Shown here in pieces: positions 34,620 through 39,686 of a DNA stretch of 39,686 bases; the first letter of the stretch is position 1; each line of letters opens with the position of its first letter. The stretch is taken from the NCBI GenBank assembly GCA_017432845.1, contig JAFRIL010000242.1, positions 1 through 39,686 of the forward strand, written 5' to 3'. The notes beneath the pieces are model-generated. The model saw only the letters and a list, made by a program, of their open reading frames with translations. It had not been told where the DNA came from and did no database searches. The stretch is from Lachnospiraceae bacterium. Lineage in GTDB: Bacteria; Bacillota; Clostridia; Lachnospirales; Lachnospiraceae. The translations under genes were made by a program, and so were the position numbers.

Positions 34620-35894
34620 TTATTCTTCATCATCATGATGCTCTTCTTCATGATGATGATCTTTTCCCTCTTCCTCATCTTCCTCCTCTTCCTCGTCTTC
34701 ATCCTCATCATCATGGTGCTCTTCTTCATGATGTTCTTCTTCATGATGTTCTTCTTCAGGATGCTCTTCTTCGTGGTGCTCCTCCCCGGAGGGTTCCGGG
34801 GCGGGAGTTTCGGGAACGGGAGTCGGGGTGGTACCATCCGGTGCAGCTGTAGGCTCCGCATTCTGAAGCATCATGTTCATGAGCTCCTGGAGCTTTTCTT
34901 CATCTATACCGGAGCCGTCATCCATCGTTACTTTCGTGTTTCTCGGATTGGGCTTTACATAGTGGACTACGTATTCGCCGTCATCCGAAATACCGGGAAC
35001 CGGGTGTGACACGATATAGTCAAGTATGGCCTGGCATCCCGAGCTGCTGTAATGAAGCCCGTCGCCGGCGTCATATTCGCTCTTTACCTGACCGTTGTCT
35101 CCGGTCAGCTCCTCCGCTACATTTAGAAAGAATATATGCTTTTCTTTTGCAAGGCCCAGAAGAAAATCATTGTATTTGTTTATCCATGAATTCTGAACGG
35201 TATTTCTGTAAGGGCCGTTATCGTCGACGGGTCCTATGGACATGAGAACGATATTTGAATTCGGTGCAAGGGAAGAGATCTTATCGATCAGATCCGAGAA
35301 CGTTTTCTTGTAGTGATCCTCGCTCGGATCGTTAATTCCGTTAACTCCGAGCGCCACATATATAACGGGAGCCTGATGAGATGAAAGATATGATTTTAAC
35401 GTATATTCCTTACCCGCATTGTTCATAAAAGTATTTCCGGAAAACGACGGGTGTGATATTCCGATCTGTGCGAGAGCCGCGTCATCGTTGATGAGCCCGG
35501 AGTTGACCATCGCAACGGTCCTTGAATCACCGAGGAACACGCATCTGTTAAGGTATCCTTTAAGAGCACCTTCTTTCATTGCAAGTTCTGTGGTGGCCTC
35601 GGTACTTTCATGCTTCGTACCCGAACTTGCGGTCTCGATCATGATCAGCTCTTCGGACTCTTCATTCGTGCCGGCTGCGTCGGAAACGTCCTTTGAAAAG
35701 AAAACCTTAATAGGCGTGTTGAGGGATGAAGACTGCTCGTCAGATGTGATTTTGAGCACAACAATTATCGCGGCCGCGATAATGATACCGACCGTAAATG
35801 ATGCGATGATTATCAGTTCCGTACGGCTCAGCCTTCTTCGGATCCTTCTTTTGAGTCTTCTGAAAAGGCTTTTGAGCGATCTGAAAATGTCCAT
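34620..35894 (-). CDS. Membrane-anchored SGNH/GDSL-family esterase with C-terminal His/Glu-rich repeat tail
   Basis: A basic N-terminus plus one TM (LIIIASFTVGIIIAAAIIVVL). SGNH blocks are VFLGDSRTV (block I), LGVNGINDP (block III) and AGDGLHYS (block V, DxxH). The last ~54 aa are GEEHHEEEHPEEEHHEEEHHEEEHHDDEDEDEEEEEDEEEGKDHHHEEEHHDDEE. Confidence 0.75.
   Translation of the reverse strand: MDIFRSLKSLFRRLKRRIRRRLSRTELIIIASFTVGIIIAAAIIVVLKITSDEQSSSLNTPIKVFFSKDVSDAAGTNEESEELIMIETASSGTKHESTEATTELAMKEGALKGYLNRCVFLGDSRTVAMVNSGLINDDAALAQIGISHPSFSGNTFMNNAGKEYTLKSYLSSHQAPVIYVALGVNGINDPSEDHYKKTFSDLIDKISSLAPNSNIVLMSIGPVDDNGPYRNTVQNSWINKYNDFLLGLAKEKHIFFLNVAEELTGDNGQVKSEYDAGDGLHYSSSGCQAILDYIVSHPVPGISDDGEYVVHYVKPNPRNTKVTMDDGSGIDEEKLQELMNMMLQNAEPTAAPDGTTPTPVPETPAPEPSGEEHHEEEHPEEEHHEEEHHEEEHHDDEDEDEEEEEDEEEGKDHHHEEEHHDDEE
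34713..34784. repeat. In-frame 15-nt tandem repeat (about 5 units) encoding (EEEHH)n on the minus strand
   Basis: ATGGTGCTCTTCTTC / ATGATGTTCTTCTTC / ATGATGTTCTTCTTC / AGGATGCTCTTCTTC / GTGGTGCTCCTC. A further copy, ATGATGCTCTTCTTC, lies at 34635-34649. Confidence 0.85.
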
Positions 35895-35931
35895 AATCCC
35901 CTATATTATAGCATATAATGCAAAATCAGGG

Positions 35932-37554
35932 CTAATCGCACTCTCTTATCTTTTTGCGAAGAGGCAGGACCATGGCGGGGGAGACCGATAATGCATCGAC
36001 TCCGAGGTCGATATAATCCTGGGTATGAGACAGATCTGCGGCCGCTTCACCGCATATATCCACGGTTATTCCGGCCTTGTGCGCATTTGCCACGGTCATC
36101 TCTATCATCTTATATACCGCGGGATGCATTGTGGAAAAGTATGTCTCGAGCTTGGGATTCTGTCTGTCTATCGCAAGTGTGTACTGGGTCAGATCGTTCG
36201 TTCCAATGGAGAAAAAGTCCACGTGTCTGGCCAGTTTGTCACTGATCATGACCGCAGCAGGAGTCTCTATCATGATACCGAGCCTTATGTCTTTGCTGTA
36301 TGGGATGCCCTCGGCATCAAGCTCATCGGTAACTTCCCTGATCACTTTTTTGATATTGAGTACTTCTTCTACGGAGATAATCAGAGGGAACAGTATGTCA
36401 AGGTTTCCGTATGCGGATGCACGGTAAAGAGCCCTCAGCTGTGTCTTGAATATCCCGGGCTGGGCAAGGCTGATCCTGATGGCGCGGTAACCGAGAGCGG
36501 GATTAACTTCCTTCTCCGGCCTGAAATATGAGGCCTGTTTGTCGGTCCCCAGATCCAACGTTCTGATGATAACCTTTCGCCCGCGCATTTTCTCGAGCAC
36601 TTCTTTGTAGATCTCAAACTGGTCATCTTCCGAAGGGTATGTGAGGCTCTCCATGTAAATGAACTCGCTTCGAAACAGTCCGATGCCCCCGGCATCATAC
36701 AAAAGCGCTGTCTCGACACCCTCGGCGCTTCCTATATTTGCATAAACGTTTATGTATTTTCCGCTCTTTGTAACGTTATTCTTTCCTTTGAGAAGGAGCA
36801 GCATACGCTGCTGTTCTTCGTACTCTTTCTGTTTGCGCCTCATCCTCTCGAGAGTACGTTTGTCGGGATCGATGATGAGTTCTCCCTTGATCCCGTTTAA
36901 GATCGCTGGCCTTCCGTCATATATGGACAGCATTTCCTGGCCAAGGCCCACGACAGACGTGACGCCCATCGTGCCCGCAAGTATCGAAGCATGACTGACC
37001 GGGGATCCGAACATCGTAGCAAGGCCGAGCAGATTATCGCGGTTAAACTGAACGATATCACCTGCGTTAAAATCATCCGATGCGAATATACATGGCTCCC
37101 CCGGATCCGCCATCTCGGATTCAAGCCCACACAGTATCCGAAGGAGTCTTTCAGAAACATCCTTAACATCCGCTATGTGACTTTGCATGTATTTGTCTTC
37201 TATTGAAGAAAACAGCCGGGAGAATTCATCGGATGCCAGTACTACCGAGTATGCGGCGTTGTATTTGTCCTCGGTGATACGGCTTTTTACATAGTCAATG
37301 TACTGCCTGTCCTCAAGCAGCATTTCCTGTGCAACAAATATCGAAGCAGACAATTCTCCGAGGTATTCGACCGAGGATTCATACAGTTCTTCGAGCTGCA
37401 AAACGGCCTTCTGCCTTGCCTCGTCAAAGGCCTGAAGCTGTGCCTTAGTATCATCGACGGGAGTCCTTGATATCTGCCTGTCGGGTCGCTTATATACGTA
37501 CAGCTTTCCGATGGCGATACCGGAAACGACTTTTGTCCCTTTGAATGTGACCAT
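35932..37554 (-). CDS. ptsI: Phosphoenolpyruvate-protein phosphotransferase (PTS enzyme I)
   Basis: N-terminus FKGTKVVSGIAIGKLYVY, phospho-His context GSPVSHASILAGTMGV, GLFRSEFIYM, IGTNDLTQYTLAIDR, and the catalytic Cys CGEAAAD. RBS GGAGGTATTC-ATG. There is no ptsH next to it. Confidence 0.9.
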   Translation of the reverse strand: MVTFKGTKVVSGIAIGKLYVYKRPDRQISRTPVDDTKAQLQAFDEARQKAVLQLEELYESSVEYLGELSASIFVAQEMLLEDRQYIDYVKSRITEDKYNAAYSVVLASDEFSRLFSSIEDKYMQSHIADVKDVSERLLRILCGLESEMADPGEPCIFASDDFNAGDIVQFNRDNLLGLATMFGSPVSHASILAGTMGVTSVVGLGQEMLSIYDGRPAILNGIKGELIIDPDKRTLERMRRKQKEYEEQQRMLLLLKGKNNVTKSGKYINVYANIGSAEGVETALLYDAGGIGLFRSEFIYMESLTYPSEDDQFEIYKEVLEKMRGRKVIIRTLDLGTDKQASYFRPEKEVNPALGYRAIRISLAQPGIFKTQLRALYRASAYGNLDILFPLIISVEEVLNIKKVIREVTDELDAEGIPYSKDIRLGIMIETPAAVMISDKLARHVDFFSIGTNDLTQYTLAIDRQNPKLETYFSTMHPAVYKMIEMTVANAHKAGITVDICGEAAADLSHTQDYIDLGVDALSVSPAMVLPLRKKIRECD

Positions 37555-37626
37555 GAATACCTCCGTCTTGTGATTTTTTTAAACTTTCACTACCTATAAT
37601 ACCATATATTGTAGTATAATTCTTAC

Positions 37627-39686
37627 ATGCGTAAAAAACTCACTGTTTCTGTCGTACTTACCGCATTACTTGTGTATCTGTCCACGGGACATGCACTCTT
37701 TGATCTGCCCTTTCCTGGTATCTTAAGAGAAAGCCCCGTTGTACTCTTTACCCTCCAGGTGATACTGGCTCTTCTCGTACTGTTCGTTAACCGCCATGTA
37801 TTTACAAGCGGGATCAAAGCAGCAATTCATCTGTCGCCCAATATGGATACTCTCGTTGTCCTGGGCGTTCTTTCATCGTTTATCTACAGTACGGTAATCT
37901 CTGTCATCAATCTCATATATTATAAGGGCGCCGATGAATATATCGGAGAGACTGACCTGTATTTCGAGACAGGAGCGATAATACTGACACTTGTTCTTGT
38001 CGGAAAGTTTCTCGAAGATACGGCAAAAGGAAAAACGTCGGGAGCACTGCGAGAACTTTCCGATATGTCCCCGAAGAGTGCGATCCTCCTTCGAAAAGGC
38101 CAGGAGGTCGAAGTTGCCATCGATGAAGTCAGGGTCGGGGATATATTTGTGTTAAAGCCCGGAATGAGCGTTCCGGTTGACGGTGTGATCGAAAGCGGAA
38201 CGAGTGCGGTAAATGAATCATCACTTACCGGTGAGTCCATGCCTGTAGACAAGGAACCCGGAATGAGCGTATGTGCATCAACGATCAATATGTCGGGACA
38301 TCTTACGTGCCGTGCAACGGGTGTCGGAGGTGATACGGCGTTCTCCAGGATAGTGAAGATGGTGACTGATGCTTCGGAACAAAAGCCGAAGATCTCCAGG
38401 ACCGCTGACAGGATATCCGCGATCTTCATCCCCGTGGTCATAGCATTTTCTGTCATAACATTTATTGTATGGATGATCCTCGGAAACAGTGTCGGATTCT
38501 CACTTGCAAGGGCCGTTTCCGTACTGATCGTGAGCTGTCCGGCAGCGCTGTATCTTGCTGCTCCCGTTGCGATCATGGTAGGAAACAGCGTCGGAGCCAG
38601 ACACGGGATACTGTACAAGACAGCACAGTCCATAGAGAACACGGGAAGGACCCAGATAGTTGTTATGGACAAGACCGGTACGATAACGACCGGCCAGCCA
38701 AGAGTAACGGATATACTCAGTACACAGAACGATGTCGAGCACAGAGATCTTCTGCTGTCCATAGCATATGCACTTGAATCAAAGAGTGAACATCCGATAG
38801 CAAAAGCTATCTGCGCTTTCGCGCAGAGAAGATTTGTTCCGGTAATGGAGACGACGGACTTTACGGCGACTCCCGGAAAAGGAATAAGGGCAGGGCTTAT
38901 CGTGGCAGGAAGAAAGCGCACGATCTATGCCGGAAACGAAGCATATATAGGAGAGGTCCTGCTTGGAAGGGCTGGTCAGGATGATGCGGCTGATTTTGAC
39001 AACGAATTTTCAGCGCAGATAAGACGCCTTGTAGCTGAGGGCAAGACACCGACACTGTTTGCGTCCGAATCGGGAATGCTGGGCGTGATCGCTGTTGCCG
39101 ACGAGATAAGGGAAGGGAGCAGTACTGCCATTTCCGGACTTCACGATGCCGACATTCATGTGTGCATGGTTACCGGTGACAGACTGTCGACATCCGAAGC
39201 AGTAGGTGCAAAGGTCGGGATAGAACCAAACGAGGTCATATCCGAAGTCATGCCCGATGAGAAGGCGGCGATCGTTGAGAAGCTGAAGGAGACCGGAAGG
39301 GTCGCTATGATCGGTGACGGCATTAACGATGCGCCGGCACTTATGATAGCCGATACGGGAATAGCGATAGGTGCGGGAACGGATATCGCGATGGATGCGG
39401 CGGATGTTGTTCTTGTAGGCGACAGCCTGGTTACCGCAGTCGATGCCATCCGTCTGTCAAAAGAAACTCTCAAAGTCATCAGGCAGAATCTGTTCTGGGC
39501 ATTTTTCTATAACATAATCGGCATCCCGCTTGCTGCAGGATGTTATTACAAGGCTTTCGGATGGCTGCTCGATCCTATGTTCTGCGCACTTGCCATGAGC
39601 ATATCGGGTATATTTGTCATCACAAACGCATTAAGACTGTTCTCATTTGCAACAACAGATCCTGATGCATATGAAATGGAGGATAA
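37627..39686 (+). CDS. P1B-type (CopA-like) heavy-metal P-type ATPase lacking an N-terminal HMA domain, TM motif CPA instead of CPC (3' end beyond right window edge)
   Basis: Absent from the track because it has no stop in the window. It is open from ATG 37627 to the window end, about 686 codons, with an in-frame TAG at 37612-37614 just upstream. Motifs: SLTGESMPV (TGE), VSCPAALYLAAP (38536-38544 = CPA), DKTGTIT (38668-38682), SEHPIAKAI, MVTGD, GDGINDAPAL, FWAFFYNIIGIPLAAG, and PMFCALAMSISG. Confidence 0.85.
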   Translation, partial: MRKKLTVSVVLTALLVYLSTGHALFDLPFPGILRESPVVLFTLQVILALLVLFVNRHVFTSGIKAAIHLSPNMDTLVVLGVLSSFIYSTVISVINLIYYKGADEYIGETDLYFETGAIILTLVLVGKFLEDTAKGKTSGALRELSDMSPKSAILLRKGQEVEVAIDEVRVGDIFVLKPGMSVPVDGVIESGTSAVNESSLTGESMPVDKEPGMSVCASTINMSGHLTCRATGVGGDTAFSRIVKMVTDASEQKPKISRTADRISAIFIPVVIAFSVITFIVWMILGNSVGFSLARAVSVLIVSCPAALYLAAPVAIMVGNSVGARHGILYKTAQSIENTGRTQIVVMDKTGTITTGQPRVTDILSTQNDVEHRDLLLSIAYALESKSEHPIAKAICAFAQRRFVPVMETTDFTATPGKGIRAGLIVAGRKRTIYAGNEAYIGEVLLGRAGQDDAADFDNEFSAQIRRLVAEGKTPTLFASESGMLGVIAVADEIREGSSTAISGLHDADIHVCMVTGDRLSTSEAVGAKVGIEPNEVISEVMPDEKAAIVEKLKETGRVAMIGDGINDAPALMIADTGIAIGAGTDIAMDAADVVLVGDSLVTAVDAIRLSKETLKVIRQNLFWAFFYNIIGIPLAAGCYYKAFGWLLDPMFCALAMSISGIFVITNALRLFSFATTDPDAYEMED

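Noticed and set aside
34635-34784. Short tandem repeats considered as a possible CRISPR-like or minisatellite array
   Set aside because: The units are 15 nt and contiguous with no spacers. They are in frame inside a CDS and encode an amino-acid repeat, so this is not a CRISPR array.
34598-35009. Plus-strand ORFs (84 and 131 aa) full of Leu/Phe/Met/His runs
   Set aside because: They are the antisense reading of the (EEEHH)n repeat tail of the SGNH esterase gene. Their low-complexity composition follows directly from the repeat.
37561-37626. Search for a CopY-type (TACAnnTGTA) or CsoR-type operator ahead of the P1B ATPase
   Set aside because: No such motif is present. There are only two TATAAT-like boxes (37595-37600, 37615-37620) in AT-rich sequence.
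37920-38921. 333-aa minus-strand ORF (plus 39156-39479) antisense to the P-type ATPase
   Set aside because: The plus strand encodes the complete ordered set of P-type ATPase motifs (TGE, DKTGT, HP, GDGINDAP). The antisense product is Ser/Thr/Pro/Ile-rich with no recognisable motif or RBS.

Overview
This is a gene-dense chromosomal segment with about 38 CDS. Most intergenic gaps are under 120 nt, and many start/stop junctions overlap by 4-8 nt or share ATGA. The gene content, SD-type ribosome-binding sites and codon style look like a Clostridia (Lachnospiraceae-like) core genome; that taxonomic call is inference only. I found no rRNA, tRNA, CRISPR array, transposase, integrase, phage genes or recognisable defence genes, and no intergenic region is long enough for a large riboswitch. 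Gene order, left to right: DUF819 membrane protein (partial), AraC regulator, HPr-like small protein, esterase, iron-sulfur flavoprotein, VanX-type dipeptidase, DUF45 metalloprotease, YgjV-like membrane protein, MATE exporter, YhhQ, YfhO, Na/Pi cotransporter, HD-like DUF5662 protein, endonuclease III, an anchored hypothetical protein, VanW, AIR-synthase-related protein, Lrp/AsnC regulator, aminotransferase, a two-component pair, MutS2, HtrA-like protease, YhaM, RlmD, TcdA, LarE-like protein, DMT transporter, an orphan kinase-like protein, NifS-NifU-Rrf2, a GH43-like lipoprotein, an SGNH esterase, PtsI, and a P1B ATPase (open at the right edge). I do not see a clear-cut novel system; the window is mostly housekeeping. 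The best candidates for undescribed biology are these: (1) a yhaM-rlmD-tcdA-larE-like operon, where a three-Cys LarE-type sulfur transferase sits with RNA-modification genes and no lar partners, 2 kb upstream of nifS-nifU-rrf2; (2) an orphan histidine-kinase homolog whose phosphoacceptor His is Gln; (3) a CopA-like P-type ATPase with no N-terminal metal-binding domain, CPA instead of CPC, and a possibly leaderless start; (4) an extracytoplasmic SGNH esterase ending in a 15-nt-repeat-encoded (EEEHH)n tail; (5) an AIR-synthase-family gene translationally coupled to an AlaR/AlaT-like pair. All family assignments come from motif recognition by eye, not from searches.
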